Source of the DNA: Ascidiella aspersa
Taxonomy: Eukaryota
Direction: 5' to 3'
Assembly: GCA_963924565.1 (NCBI GenBank)
Contig: OZ004608.1
Coordinates: 8,184,001-8,248,000 of the forward strand
Length of the DNA: 64,000 nt
Shown here: positions 25,342 to 39,279 of the stretch, in pieces
How the letters are laid out: every line of letters starts with the position of its first letter
Position numbering within the stretch: position 1 is the stretch's first letter
The notes under the pieces: model-generated
What the model was told of the DNA's origin: nothing
What the model saw: only the letters and a program-made list of their open reading frames with translations
Database searches by the model: none
Translations under genes and position numbers: made by a program

Positions 25342-26396
25342 GGCAAAAGCAGTTCAGCGTTTGCTTACCAACCAAAATAGGCTTAAATTGTACTTGACTG
25401 TAAATAAGTTTTTAAGAGAATCCAACTCACGCTAAATTCGTAAAACTGGTTTCTAGTACGTTTTGTGTATTCTTGCTGCACGGCCAATTTGCAGTTACAA
25501 TTGACTGTTAACTTTTTCATAAATTATCTGATAAACCAAGTTTGCCAATATAATTTTCCGTTTTTTGCATAGCAATGGCAAAATTGTAAAAACAGTGCGT
25601 GTTACGTCACAATAACAAAATTGTCCAGTACTGCTGTAACAGTTTTTCAAGTCATTTACACAAAAACTTTACACAAAAAAAATAGATAAGCTGTACCCAC
25701 TGAATATTTTCTAATGAATGTAATTCTAAAAAAATATTAGTTCTCAGGCCTGGCCGAAATGCAGCTTACAAACGATTAATAACGATATGAATAACAACCT
25801 TAACTAGAAATGTTCTGCATGTTTTTTATAAATAGGCCTAACCTATCCGAAAATGTGGTATTGTATATAAGAGAAAATAAACTTATTTAAGTTTGTTTTA
25901 TTTCCCAAAACGAATAGCGACAAAATAAAGGAACTTAACGATAAGAATTTATTATAATGCTATATGATTTCTGGATTAAAATTTGTTTGTAAAACTATCA
26001 CATGGACTCGAATGACCATTAATCTTCGAACCAATGTTGGTGAAAAAATGGCATGCAATAGATTGGAAATATTTGCTTACATTGTTCATTGATAATTCGT
26101 ACAATTCCAAAGAAATGAACGCAAATCAAAACACGATCTTAATTGCCCAGTTTAAGTCAAACAGCTAAGTTTTATACCAAATCAATTGTTGGAAGTTAAA
26201 AAAACATGAAATTTATGTTTGCAGATTACTGTTTGTTCGTTTTTTCGTAGATAAAGTTACATCGCCATAGTCCATTTTAAAGTCAATTTTTCCTTCGGAG
26301 TGGGAATGACAGGATTCAAAAGCGGAAACAATCGTACAGTCGAAGGTCAAACTCGCACAGGCGTATAGACAAGTAAAAATTGTCAACACTCTACGG

Positions 26397-26646
26397 CAGT
26401 GATTCCCAAACTGTGTGCCTCGAAAGATGTTACGGAAAATAGAGTACAAATACATGCAAGCATTTCAGACTTAAATATACGTACTATTTATTACAAATTA
26501 ATAATATTGGGATTTCTACATACATACAGTTTGTCGTGTGTAAAGGGCGATTGTAAAATTACTCTTTTGTTGTTCTGTTAAAAGTGTGCTGCGAAATAGT
26601 TGATTTTTATAGTATGCCGCGAGCCAAAAAGGTTTAGGAACCACTG
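26397..26646. mobile_element. hAT-type MITE (duplicated copy of 19942-20167)
   Basis: Same TIRs and CTCTACGG TSD, with different internal indels; the insertion predates the segmental duplication. Confidence 0.85.
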
Positions 26647-27264
26647 CTCTACGGTTACTAACGACGGAGGACCAAAAGTGTTATTCTACATCCAGCTATA
26701 CGAGATATAAACAAGCAAAATGTGGTGTCGCAGGAGAGGGTGATGGCTGATGACAAACATTGGGAAAATGTACGCTTCACAGTGCTGTAGGAACTAATCG
26801 AAATACCAGTGCTCTTTGAATAAGAGGGGGTTCGCTAGTAAGCTTTTATGCACGAAGGAACAGTTTCGCAGGTACTTTCGTTGCATAGCATGTAAAATAG
26901 TCAATCCGTCGCTGCAAAATATTTGAACTAGTGCTCATTCTGACAGTTTAGCGCATTTTACAGTCCGTATAAATCGTTGAAATATGGTTGAAGATTGAAA
27001 TAACTACAGTATTTAAATTCACTTTTTTTATTAAGAATGGATTCCAAGAGTCGCAGACACCATACGTTTAACAACTTTATTTAATTTTTTTTAGTTATTT
27101 AGGAAGAAATTTGGCGGTTTAACCTTTCAGGCTAAATCCATGAAACTAAAAAATACGATTCACAATCAAACAAGGAATGTGCAAAAACATAAAACAGCAT
27201 TGCGCTCGGCAGAAAAAAGTTTCAATCTTCGCGAAATTTTTCGCTCGAAGTTCTAGAAACTTCT

Positions 27265-30200
27265 TCAGTAGGACCACGTCTCGTGGACCTTGTTGTGCTT
27301 GACACCGCAAGTGACACAGCAGGCGAAAATGACGGCGAGAATCTGCAAAGCCATCACACCGGCAGTGACGCCGCCTGTCACTCCAGCGTACCTCATAACA
27401 AGGTCGCGCAGAGCATGGAAGCAACCCTGAAAAATAAAGCGAAGAATTTTAGCAGGTGTGTGTTATTTGTTGACATGCCTGCGGAAGAATACAGATCACT
27501 CTTATGCTTTTTAGTGAAATCGTTAACAAAAATAAATTATTGAACGTGGGCAACCCCATCCATCTTCATAAATTCCATTCGACGATATTTCCGACCGGAA
27601 ATTAAAAGAATAGCTTAATCAGGTATTTTATTGTGGAATAGTAGCCTTTACATTGTATGGTTTAGGTTGACAAAACTTTCATTATAAAAATTGTTTACTG
27701 TATGTTTTGCCAAATCATACGGGCCATCGCTTAGCCTTAAATAATGTTACTTTTTGTTTTTCAATAAAACCTATAGCTTCGCCTGGCAACTTATTAATCC
27801 AAAGTTAAAATAACGCTAAAATAATATTTTTTTACTATTCACATTCTTAAAATCATAAATTGCGAATAAATTAAATGGATTGTAGATAATTAAATCTAGG
27901 CCAATTCTAGTTCATTTTCTATTTTAAATTTTGGTTTTGAAAAATTATGTAATTCTACTTTCATAATCTAATTTGAGAAAACAAAATGATCTAATTCCAA
28001 TCTAATTTGGAAAAACTGAAATGCTCAAATTCTAATCTAATCTAATCTTAAAAAGCTAAAATAAACCTAGCTGTCCAAGTCTGAAACCGGCAACGGAGTT
28101 ATAGAACTACTACCTACCTGGTATGCCTACCTAAAATGCCACTAACACTACAAAAACTCACCGTTTGCGCGAAGGTGTTGACCGCGCTGACGGTCGCCGA
28201 GTTTTGGCAAGCGGACAAGTCCACGTACGCGTCGCCATTCTTTACACAGCAACTGGCAGGCCAAGGCTGGACGGTACTGGACTGGGCGTCGTACAGGGAT
28301 CCGGTGTAATCGGTACCGTTTGTGTAGCCACAGCAGGAGAACTGCGGAAATAAAGACAGAAAAAATAGTTATGAGAATAATAGAAGGGCACCCTGCATGG
28401 CAACGAGTTGTGAAACAGAGAAACATTTTTGTGAGCTTAGTTCATAAAAAAGCTTAAAAGGTTTAAAAAGTGTATGTAAATAAAGAAGGAGAAACTATTT
28501 TATAAGCACACATCTAAGTCGGTGTACCGCGCATTGTTGATTAGACGTGGCAGAGTTATAATGACTGGAGTCAATGACTTAAAAAGTCGCGCTTTTCAAA
28601 TGACTTTACTGGACTTCAGTCGATTTGGCAAGTGACTGGACTTGACTTTTAGACAAATGAAATAGAGCTTAGAAATTATGCGAAATTACTGAAAATACAT
28701 AAGACGAAGCATGGATAAAAATGGAACGTAACAACTAGTGGTAAAACAGGAATATTAGCTCATAAAAAGTGCAGTTTGTATCCCATTTATAAAAGGTGTA
28801 AACAGTGCAAATATGTAAATGAACAAAACTGTTAGGAGCCGCTGTTTCATAAACACAACTTCAGGTTGCTTTGTGTAATGCGTAATGTTTATTAGACGCT
28901 GTTGCTCGGTGGAAATCATTTGCTCGTGGTGAAACAGACAAGTTTTCGATAAACAAACTAAGTATAAATTAAATGCACGAAGATCTTTACAAGCATTTGT
29001 TCGTCAGGCGGTTTTAAGAGCCAAAACCGTAAACGTTACCTTCTACAATTTCAACACCACAATGTTTCATATTGGCACAAGTAAACCTTTTAACCAAGAC
29101 CTTTCGTCAGTAAACAAAACGCCACGCGGCAACGTCGCGACAGGCTAAAGGAGGCTCTTCGGGTACACTTTTTGAAATTGTCTGTAGCAAAACATGTTGG
29201 GCACAGAAACAGACTACCATTGATAGGATTTAAACCCAATAACAATTGGTGTTTTGCAGCTTTGGGTTATTGTTTCGTTCGCTTCCCAGGAACCCGAACA
29301 TCCGGAGCTTTAGAAAATTATACACACGTCTTGTCTTTAAACTTTAAACCTAGCAACGCCCTTTTAGACGAAGTTAATCATGCTTTGTTACATAGCTATT
29401 TTTCAAGGTCGCTTTTCATGAATATTTTCCAGTATTGTAAAGAAGACATTATCAACAACTGAACAAATAACAAGACAAGTCTCAGTGAATTTTGCTGTCT
29501 TAAAAGCATATGCTATGCTAAAAGGCGTAAAAATTGACACACACATATTTACTATTCACTTACTTTTGAGTATAATTCAGGATTTAAATGAAATTAATTG
29601 TGAATATTTAAATGCAATTCTAGTTCAAATTTCAGTTAAAAATCGCTTTAGGAATTCGGTAATTCTAATTCTAATTTAAAAAACCAAAATGATCTAATTC
29701 TAATTGTAATCTAATTTAAAAAAGTTATCATAAATCTAGTTCAATTCTGGACTTTACAAATGTACGAGTGCCAATGCCATTACCTGATATCAGGTATCGA
29801 CTCCTAAAAAAAACTATACTATCGGACATCCCACGACTTACCGCGAATTGGAGCGAATCCCAACCGGAAGTGACGGGGTCGGTGACGTCATTGGTGTAGA
29901 TCTTGATGGAAGCGTCAGCTCCCTGTCGGAGAAGTTGCTCCAGGGTGGAGGTAAAGAGGAAGGCAAGGATCAGGACGGCGATCTCGATGAGGAGGAAGAG
30001 GATAATGACGATGATGAACTGGGGGAACGAAGAAAAAATCGTCGTGATTAAATTTATGAAGATTCGCACTTGTGTAAACGAAGTATAAAGCGACGTTCGC
30101 CAGAAGATACCAGCGGACCTTATCAGGACGACGCAGAAAAAACGTAGTGATAAACTTAATCCACAAGACAACATATCAATGAATAGAAATCGCTATTTCT

Positions 30201-31668
30201 GGTGTAAACGAAGTATAAGCATCAGGAATGTAGTTAGCTGGTATCTGCTGCCAAAACGTCGGTTTATACTTCGTTTGCACCAGAAAATCGATTTCTATCT
30301 ATTGGAAAAACCTCGTGATTGTGATTTTCAAGCGACTGTAGTAAATGGTACAGTTGTGCTCGCTTGTTGGCCATCAGTTTTTTTTTGAGCTATTTTATCA
30401 ATAGTAATGCACTATTTTTGTATCGCATCGTATGATTGTACTGTTTGCTTCAAATATGTTTTTATATGTGGTCATGGTAGCAAAAATATAACACGAAGTA
30501 TCGGATGGTGGCGTTGATCGCAGAAATGTTAGAATTATTCGCGCCTTTGTACTTGTTCAGTTTTGGGGAAACTTTTAACTGCGAATGTGGAAAAATGTAC
30601 TGAGTTGAGCTAAAGTCAGTTAGATAAATAAACTAACTTGGGGCGGCGTTTTTAAAACACAGCTAGGTTGTTGGCACGTTAAATTTCTCTTTAAAACAAG
30701 TATAACATTTAATAATTTGTCGTTTATTTATTGGTATTCGGAGCAAACTTTGTGTTTAGTAAACTACAATCGCCTTACCGTGACCAGAAGGCACTTGTTC
30801 TCTTTCCAGGCCCCACAGCAGCCGAGAAACGACACAACGGCGATGGCCGCTCCAACACCAATCAAGATAAATGCTGCGTACTGGAAGAGCGCATTGGTGG
30901 AAAGGGTGCTGCTGAACGAATTGTAATCGACCACAACCCAAACTCCGAGGCCTGCTAGCACTAAGCCGCCCAGCTGTGAAAGTTAAATGTTGTTTTGTTC
31001 TTACTGTCGCACTTTAAAAGCCGGTTGAAGGGTTGTGATTGCGGTTAGCGCTTGGGGAAAAGTTTGTAGTCGTTACTATGCTATGCGAAAAGCATGTTAG
31101 TTTTACACTTGTTGGCAGGTAACGACAGCTTGTTTTTACATAGATTCACTGTTACATTCGTCGGTAAAGTGTGTCAGTCGTGTTACCCGAATTAGCTGAG
31201 CTGAGTAAAATTTGCAGCGTTTACAGTTTTTAATTTCACAAACAAAGGATTAGGAATAAAATCTGATAAATGTTAGATAAACGGGGGCCTAATTTGCATC
31301 TAAAAACTCTATAAAATATATGTTTTTTTTAATGTAAAGTAAATTTTAAAGTATTTATTTCTTTCGTTAAAAGTTGAATCCAAATCACTTTTTTAAAATA
31401 ATATAATCATCATTTTTTATAATATACCGTTAAGGAATATATACTTTAAGTGTCATTCTGTTTGACAAGAATATCAAGTTTGTAATTGTGGCTTCTAACT
31501 TGTCGACTGTCGCAATATAAGCTTATAACCGGTTGGGTAATTACCAATTACTCACTGCTTGGTTCATAAATACTGCTAATTAGCGTACACAAAACAAAAA
31601 CCCACCATAAACAGAAGGTTAAAAAAGATCATTAAGTTCTTGCATCGTCGAAAGCCCTTTTCCTCCAT
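27265..31668 (-). CDS. Tetraspanin B, near-identical paralogue of A, ~258 aa
   Basis: Exons 31668-31606, 30973-30779, 30018-29842, 28341-28162, 27426-27265. Intact ORF and splice sites; six amino-acid differences from A by manual comparison. Confidence 0.93.
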
Positions 31669-32067
31669 GGCGAAAGCAGTTCAGCGTTTGCTCGCAACCA
31701 AAATTGGATTAAATTGTACTTTCTGCAAAAATCAAAACTCACGCCTCGAATTCGGTCTCAACAATGAATGACACGGCAAAACGCAAGACTTTAAGTAGCT
31801 CCACTGACAAGGCAAAGCATTTCTGGCTGAAGAAACTTAACACCAAGCGAAAGGGGACGCTGTGTGTCACGCGCGCCACGCAAGAAGGTTTCCAAGTAGC
31901 CCTTGAAACAAATCAAAAACACAGGGAGCCCGTCGGCTAAGCGAGTGTCCAATTTTCGAGCGGATTGCCAATCAACAAGCAACAACTGCCTACCGGGTTA
32001 CTCAATGTTTGGAAACACTGCGCAGCCAGGCGGTTATTGGGTTACGGGCAGCCCAACGATTTTAACA

Positions 32068-32433
32068 TTGTTAAGGGCGATTACGTAATATACAGATTTC
32101 GAAAAGCAACGTCATGCTTTTTATGCCGTCGTTTGTTGCAAACTTATTTGGACGCTGTCGCACCAAAGCTTTCACACGCTTAATACTGGTGGGGATGTAA
32201 ATTGTCCTAGCATTTGTTCTGCTAAACCTAAGTCCAGCTATTCATAGAGTATTCCAATAATAAGACATCGTTTATCTCCCTCGATTTGACTATTGTTAAA
32301 GGCGGCAACCTAATATACAGGTTTTGAAGAAAGTCATGTTTTTTGTGCCGTCGTTTGTTTGCGAAAAGTTTTGGACGCCGCGGTGCCCACGCTTTCATAT
32401 TATCAACCTTGAATGTAAATTATTCTAGCACTT
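32068..32433. repeat. Diverged ~225-bp-period duplication upstream of tetraspanin B
   Basis: TAATATACAG..GTCATG..TGCCGTCGTTTGTT..TTTGGACGC..GCTTTCA..ATGTAAATT..CTAGCA is present twice. Confidence 0.7.
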
Positions 32434-34122
32434 GCACAGTGTTGTTTATGAATGCCAGTATTTTATTTTCTTAATTCAAAACTTGTTTATATAATCATAT
32501 TTGTAGTGCTGTAAAGGCGTTAATGACAACAATGACTTGACTTAACTGTTTTTACATGCCTTTCCTTTACTTGAGTATTTTTCCTATGTTTTAGGCAACT
32601 GACTAGATTTTTACTGTTTTTATCATTGTGTGAAATATCTCGGGTTGAGATTAAATGTTTTTGTTTATTTTTTTCAACAAAATCAGATATTTATTCAATT
32701 GTTGCACGTAAAACAATTTGCTTACTATACATTGCATTTTTTGTTCATATTAAGTTAAGATATTGATCATACACTGAACAGTTTACCAATTTTGATAGTT
32801 TTAATGTTTTATTTTTATACTCATGGTTTAGCTAATTTTATCATAACGGAGCGGTCAGAAATTCAACCATTTATATGGCAACCTATAGGGACGGGGTTAA
32901 ATAAATAATACAATTGAATTCGCCAAACCAGAACATACAATTCTCAGGTAGCGTACGTGTATTAACATACTAATGGCTTTTTATTCTAAATGTAAGAGAG
33001 CGTTCTTGTGAACAAAACTTAAGATGAAAGTAGGTATATTTTTAAAAAAGAACGTTGTAGAACACCACGACTTTAAATGGTCCAAATGTTGCGCCACTGT
33101 CGTCAGTTTAGCTGTGGTTTGCTTAAAGTATCTGACTTTTTAGCATTTCTAGGAACTGGATTTCTGTAACGCATAAACCTATAACGCCTACTGATTTTGG
33201 TTATTTTTTTTAAGTTTGCAGACACATTTTAAACACTTTTTTCTAAAAAACATTGAATGTATAACCAAACGGGTAATTGTGGTGTTAACTAAAACAAAGT
33301 TTAACCGTTTGAAATAGGGATGCTAATACATACATTCAATTCTTAACACTACAAATATGAAACGATGTGAAACTTTGCAAATATTAACAAAAACTTCAAT
33401 TGCAACACAACAAATATTTAAACATTTGACGTATAAGAATACGGTCAAAAACAATAAGAACTCCACAATAAAATGCCTTACGCATCAAGAAAAACTGCAC
33501 GTTGCTAGATATCAATTTGCGGCATCAATTATTCAAGAAAGCGTTTCTTTTATATCGCTCCATAATTAATGACGTACTCGCATCGATGTATTTTCATCTA
33601 GTATAAATATACCAGCATGTCCAATCCATGTCTAAAAGTTGACCGATACGACATGTCCTCTATTTTAGGCGGAAAAACACACTGTCTTATTTTTTTTTAT
33701 TATTTGGCTAAACTGCAACAAAATTTTATGAGAATTTATACACTAAATTTAGAAGAAAAACAATAAAATACAGAAAAACTTAAAATCGTTTGAAATAATA
33801 GTAGAGTCGCTGACAAAACAGGCAAACTAGGCAAAAGCAATTCATGGTTGGTAATCCTCATATTTAAATCTAAGGTCATTTAACAGCTTTAATTTCTTCA
33901 TAGAATGTACTTGTCTTTCTACGAGAAAATAAAATCTCCATAGCTAATATCTATATGTTTCACTTCCCTAGAAAAGAGCTTTATGATTAGCGCTTCTTAG
34001 CCACCGACAGCACGCATCACAGTAACCCAGCACTTTTAAGCAAAAAAATGACTCAATTACAGGCAACATTGCTTTCTACATCAAGTCTACCCTATTTCGT
34101 ATCCACAAACTAACGCAGTCAG

Positions 34123-37100
34123 TTAAGTAATCATTGTATAAATGTTGCCATCTCCAGGGTTCGTCCTCTCGAAATGCACGACGGGCGGGTGGTCCTCCTT
34201 CACCTGCTTCGGCTGCCGCTGAAGGCGACGCAGAGTCACCAGTGACGTCACCAGGAGGAGGAGGAGAAGCGCCAGGAGCAAGCATGACGTCACGCCCATT
34301 GGCGTAGCGTAGGCACCCAACAACGAGTAGAGCCGCTCTCGGCAGCCCTGGAGTGACAAAAAATGGCAACGTAACGAAGCGAAATTCATCAGACCAAAGA
34401 TGGCGTATGACGTGCTAGAGTTTAGCGGACATTTTTAAGCATAGAAGGGTTATTGTGAACTTTTATCACATTTATGTTATTTAAGGATGCAAGGATAGGC
34501 CAAATTAATAGTCTCAAGTTTTCCTTGTTTTTTATGGATTTTAAGGATGCATGGTTAGGCCAAATTAATAGGTTCAAGTTTTACTGGATATACACAACCA
34601 ACCGATTTCGAGTATTACAGCTAACGAAGGCAGAGTATAGAAACAAGATCTTAAATGTTCTAAGTATTATGTTTGCTTCCATGAATAAAAATCTGTGCTA
34701 ATCAGTACCAAATTTTGACTTCATAAATCCAGTGGCATGAAAAAGTTTTCTATAGCCGCAAATATCTTTCCCAATTTTTTGTTGTTTGTCTAACTCTAAG
34801 ATTCTTAAATATGCCGCGGAACTTTTTTGGCCTATTATTAACAAAAAGGCATATAGCAAAACGAACAAGATTTGAATATACACTACCCATTAGATAACTG
34901 ACAATGTAATGGTATTTATCAACTAACTTAGTATTAGGGGTGTTTGTTAAGTTATTATTGTATGGTTTGTGAAAATTGTGCCGCAAATTTGTTTTTTTGT
35001 TTGGTGTGCCGCAGGCTAAATTAGTTTGAGAGCCATTGGGTATGCCAGGTTTTTTCAGCCTATGGGTCACCGTTTTATTCGGTGACAAAGTTTGAGTCGC
35101 CGACTCCATTAGTTTACATGTGTACATTTATTAAGACTGGTTCTATACAAGGTATTTTCAAAATATGAGAAAACTGGGGGAAAAACGGAAAAACATGGCA
35201 TTTGTTAATTAATGAAAATTCGAATTTATGTAGGCTATTTGTTTTAATTGTGTCCACTGACAAAACGTTCAGCTTAGAGAAATGGGCCGTAAAAGCTTCA
35301 CTGTGACACTAACTCTTAATATTTGTATATCTGGGCTAAGCAACAATATTTAAAAGACAAATGCTCCGAGCAACACGTTTCAGCTGGCAAGGTTGTTAGC
35401 AGCATTCCGCAAAAAACACAAAAAGGGTTAAATGCTTACCGTGCTTCCATGTGTGACCGTGTCGTTCACCGTTGCGCTGTGAACGCACGAAAACGAGCTC
35501 ACGTATCCGCCAGACGCCGCCAGAGAGCAGCAGGACAGCGGCCAGGGTTGAACTTGCAAGGTAGTGTTGTGGAAGTAGCTAAACTGGTAGTCGCTGAAGA
35601 AGCCGCAGCACTCGTTCTGTGTAAGGCTTTACCGTTAGTTTGTTGTGTTTTAGCGAATTTGTCTTGAAAACTTGAGATACATTTGTGTGTGAAAGGCAAA
35701 TTGAAATGCAGTTTTATATACTTTATGTTGTTGGCAACATAGTAAACTAGAGGCGAAAATTGGCTAAACTGGACGTAAATTTGTACCGTGAACCGCAAAT
35801 GCTTTATTTCCTATAGCAGCGTTTAATGTCAAAAACTTCTTTGAAGAAATATTTGCCGACCTTTTTGGAAATTTAATGGGACCTTTTCAGTCCAAAACAC
35901 AGTAGGTCCATGTTAAGCTATGAGAACCACAGCTTTTTTTTGGGATTGAGTATTGGTTTGATATTTCTGTGAAACAAATATCCATACTGAACGGCCCCAA
36001 TAGTGTTAGGAAAATATAATTATCTACTCCATCTTAAATCGCGGATTGTTTAATTCGAGTAATAGATGTCCATCGTCCCAAAAACTTCGTTTCTTTCCTG
36101 TGGAAGCCAGACAGCTTAAATCTAAAACAGGCTATAATTTAATTCATTATTTCGGATTTAACCCTGTTCGTTCTATAAAAGTTTAGCGTAAAACCATAAA
36201 GCGAACTGTCGAAATTCAGTCCGCAGATTTACCGTTGTTTGAAACTCGTCCCACGCCAAGGTGATGGTGGCCGAAGTGGTGGAGGTGCACTTGTAGTGGT
36301 TCTTTATGGCAGCGATCGCATGCTCACCGTAGTGGACGTCGAACATGCCGAGAAACAACAAGCTGAGAACGGCCACCGCGATGCTCAGACAAATTGTGAT
36401 CACCAAGCCTGCAAGCATCTGAAACCAATTAAGAAATGCATTATTAATTAAAGTTACGAGAGCAAAAGTCCACGATATTATAAAGTTTGCAAACGAATCG
36501 CGACTGTGCATATTTAAGTGACTTTGTAACAACTGATCGCTGTCGACAAGTAAATCCGATCTGTTTGTTTATTTTTTGCTACCATGACTGGATTGATAAA
36601 CATTTTTTCGACCTTCACCAGTGCTCCGCAACCTTTTTACACTTGCGGCACACCAACAGAGCTAAATATATTAGGCGGCACACCTATACGAAATATATGA
36701 CGACACACCGGTTGCGGAGCACTGACCTACACGACAATTGTTATACTTTCTAAACGAAGCATACCAAAGAGTCAAAATACAATCCTACCACTTGCAAAAC
36801 GGCCTTGCGTTCTTGTTTCACGCCGAAGAGACTCCACAAAGCGGTGAAGAGTCCAACCACCCCGGCAGTTGTGCCACAAAAAGCGGCATTTTCCAGAACG
36901 TTCGAAGCAGAGCCGATCAAACTTTCTTGGGTTTCATAGTTGATCAGGGTCCAGATTGACACGACGAGCAACGCAAAGCTGCCAAGCTAAAAGCGCGAAG
37001 TTCACAATAAGAGATGTTCTATGATATTGTAATTGGAGCCGTTACCCGATAAGAGTAAAAGTATCGCTACTCCAAAACTGGACTTCCACATACCAATAAT

Positions 37101-38093
37101 GATTGGTGCAAAACAGTCATGTTTGGCAATCCAACGTAGAGTTAAAAAGTAAAATATACGAAAATATGACATTCAAAATCCAAGGTACCGCATAAGCTTT
37201 ATTACATCTATAGTTCGACTTCATACCTTTAAAATCATCAAATTTAGACTTTTCAAGAAAATTTGATTGTTTATGTTTAACCATTGTACTGATGTCGTTC
37301 GGTATCAGATCGTTTTGCGGTACTTTTTGCCCACAATTTCAGGTGTAAGTATCTGAATAGTACTTTAAAATGGATAAGTTTGGAAAAGTTAGTTGAACTA
37401 CAAGTTCCTAACACATATTCCTAACGCGGAATTCGACTGTAAGTCATATATTAATTTCGCCGAATCACTTAACCTTCACGTGTGTTCTTTTCTGCTCGGT
37501 TTTTCAAAAGAATGATAACGAACGGTTTTCATTAGAGCCATATGTCAACAATAACAAATGGTTTTGATAAGCTTGGCGGGTGTATGTGACTAAAAAGCTT
37601 TGTGCGGCCATAGTGAATTAGTTTTCCAGTTTTGGGTGCCTATAGTCAACAGGAGGCTATAAAGTATAAACCTTTTCGGGTTTTTCTTTATCTTCAATGT
37701 ATTAATGGTTTTCTACCAACTTTGTCACTGGTAAAAAGCAAAATAAGGCCCAGACTCCGCTATAATTGCTTAAAAAGCTGAGATTAAATTACATTTAATT
37801 CATCTTCATCATACCCAATCAAGATAAAAGTCTAGTGCTGCTGTGTGGGCTTAACAGTTACTATATTTTCAAAAATAATAATGTCCTTACAAAAGCAAAC
37901 ATCCATCACAGATGTGAGAAGCGGTATAAAATCCGACAACCTTTTACGATATACATGAAAATTGCTATAAAGGCTTATCATGAAACTAATGGTTCAACCC
38001 ATATACCACTATAATAGCCATAAACTATAACTTACTTGTACTCACCAGAATAAGAAGACGTAAAACAACCCTAAAACACAAGCTGCATTCCAT
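34123..38093 (-). CDS. Tetraspanin C, divergent paralogue, ~277 aa
   Basis: Exons 38093-38046 (tentative; MECSLCFRVVLRLLIL), 36986-36789 (LGSFALLVVSIW...KQERKAVLQV), 36418-36233 (MLAGLVIT...AWDEFQTT), 35616-35440 (NECCGFF...PWPLSCC...SCV), 34347-34123 (GCRERL...NIYTMIT*). Phase-0 GT-AG introns at positions homologous to A/B. Confidence 0.87.
36619..36724. mobile_element. Small hAT-type MITE (106 bp)
   Basis: Perfect 15-bp TIR CAGTGCTCCGCAACC / GGTTGCGGAGCACTG; TSD ACCTTCAC/ACCTACAC. Confidence 0.85.
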
Positions 38094-39279
38094 TTTCCAC
38101 AAATCGTCTGTCCAGCAGCTCCCGCAGCACCTTTCAAGCTTTAATTCCAGTAGAATCTTACCCCGGCGGCGTCGACAATACACGACTATGGGATATGACA
38201 AAAGACTGGGGGGAATTTGAAATATAATACTCGATCAACACAATATAAACCTTCTCGCGTTGCACTGCGATGAAAAAACCTTTCACACTTGCTTGCGCCT
38301 TACATGTTTTTCCATGGGCGTTTCACACCTTTTGGAAAACCAATTGTTGGAAAACAGACAGCAGTGCGCGTGTTCGCTGATCACTCTTTTTTTAGGTTAC
38401 ACGTGTCTCTCTTCCAGTGTTGTAAACAAGTCATTTTGAAATTATCTAAGTGCCATTCAAGTCATTCTTAAAATACCTTAAGCCCAAGCCAAATCAATTT
38501 AAATGACAAAGTTGTATAAGTCCCAGTCAGGTCATAATTCGAGCAAGTCAGTTCAAAGTCAAGTACTTGTCATTTCGTAACTATTACACGTTAAACTATT
38601 AAAATTGGTAAACTCGTCCGATTATGAGCAATACAGTAATTAAAAAATAGGTCATCACAACACTAATCTTTGTGATGCATATGTTGTCATTTTTCAAAAA
38701 CTTTTTCGAGTATTTTAATCAGCAAATAAACCAGATTAGTTGTTCTTTTTTTTACAATTGAATACAATACGAGTAATGGTTAAACAAAATTGCGAGCGAT
38801 TTGTAAAACTCAGATTAAGCCCAAAGCATTGTACAAAATAAATGTATATTCTTGAGAATGGTGTTTCACGTGCTGGCCACATAAGGCGTTAAACGTAGCT
38901 TACATTAAAAATGCTTGCTTGTTGTGTAAAGCATATATAATCAGAAAACGAAATGCGAAAAACGCTATACGGCAGAAACATAAAACATTGGGTTTACGCA
39001 GTGGTGAAAGTGCAATAATTTTTGTTTACAGTAACAATGAAAAAAAAGTTTTGATGACGTCACAAAATTACATCATAACGAACGTCTAAACATGTAACAA
39101 TAGGAAACCTGAGGTTATCATTCGATGCAGTGCAGAAATATACAACTGAACTCTTAGTTTAAATATGTACAGTTAAGGAGATGGCAGGGTGGCCTGATGA
39201 AAAAAAAATTAAAAAAAAATCGCATGTTCAATTGGCGATCATCACAGATCTGTATTGAAAATTACCAAATCGTTTAGAA

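Larger units (their letters stand above)
18939..31721. repeat. ~6.4-kb direct tandem segmental duplication (18939-25395 / 25394-31721), each unit carrying one tetraspanin
   Basis: Both units start TTGACTGTAAATAAGTTTTT and end AAATTGTACTT. They are co-linear with scattered SNPs and small indels, and share a TT overlap at the junction. Confidence 0.95.

Noticed and set aside
31723-31742. Minus-strand GTGAGTTTTGATTTTTGCAG upstream of tetraspanin B looks like a complete GT-AG intron
   Set aside because: At 20 nt it is far below normal animal intron size. The AG is kept only as a candidate acceptor.
38046-38125. Alternative frame for tetraspanin C exon 1 (GKWNAACVLGLFYVFLFW), which looks TM1-like
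   Set aside because: It has no ATG and ends in phase 2 at the GTGAG donor, incompatible with the phase-0 exon 2.
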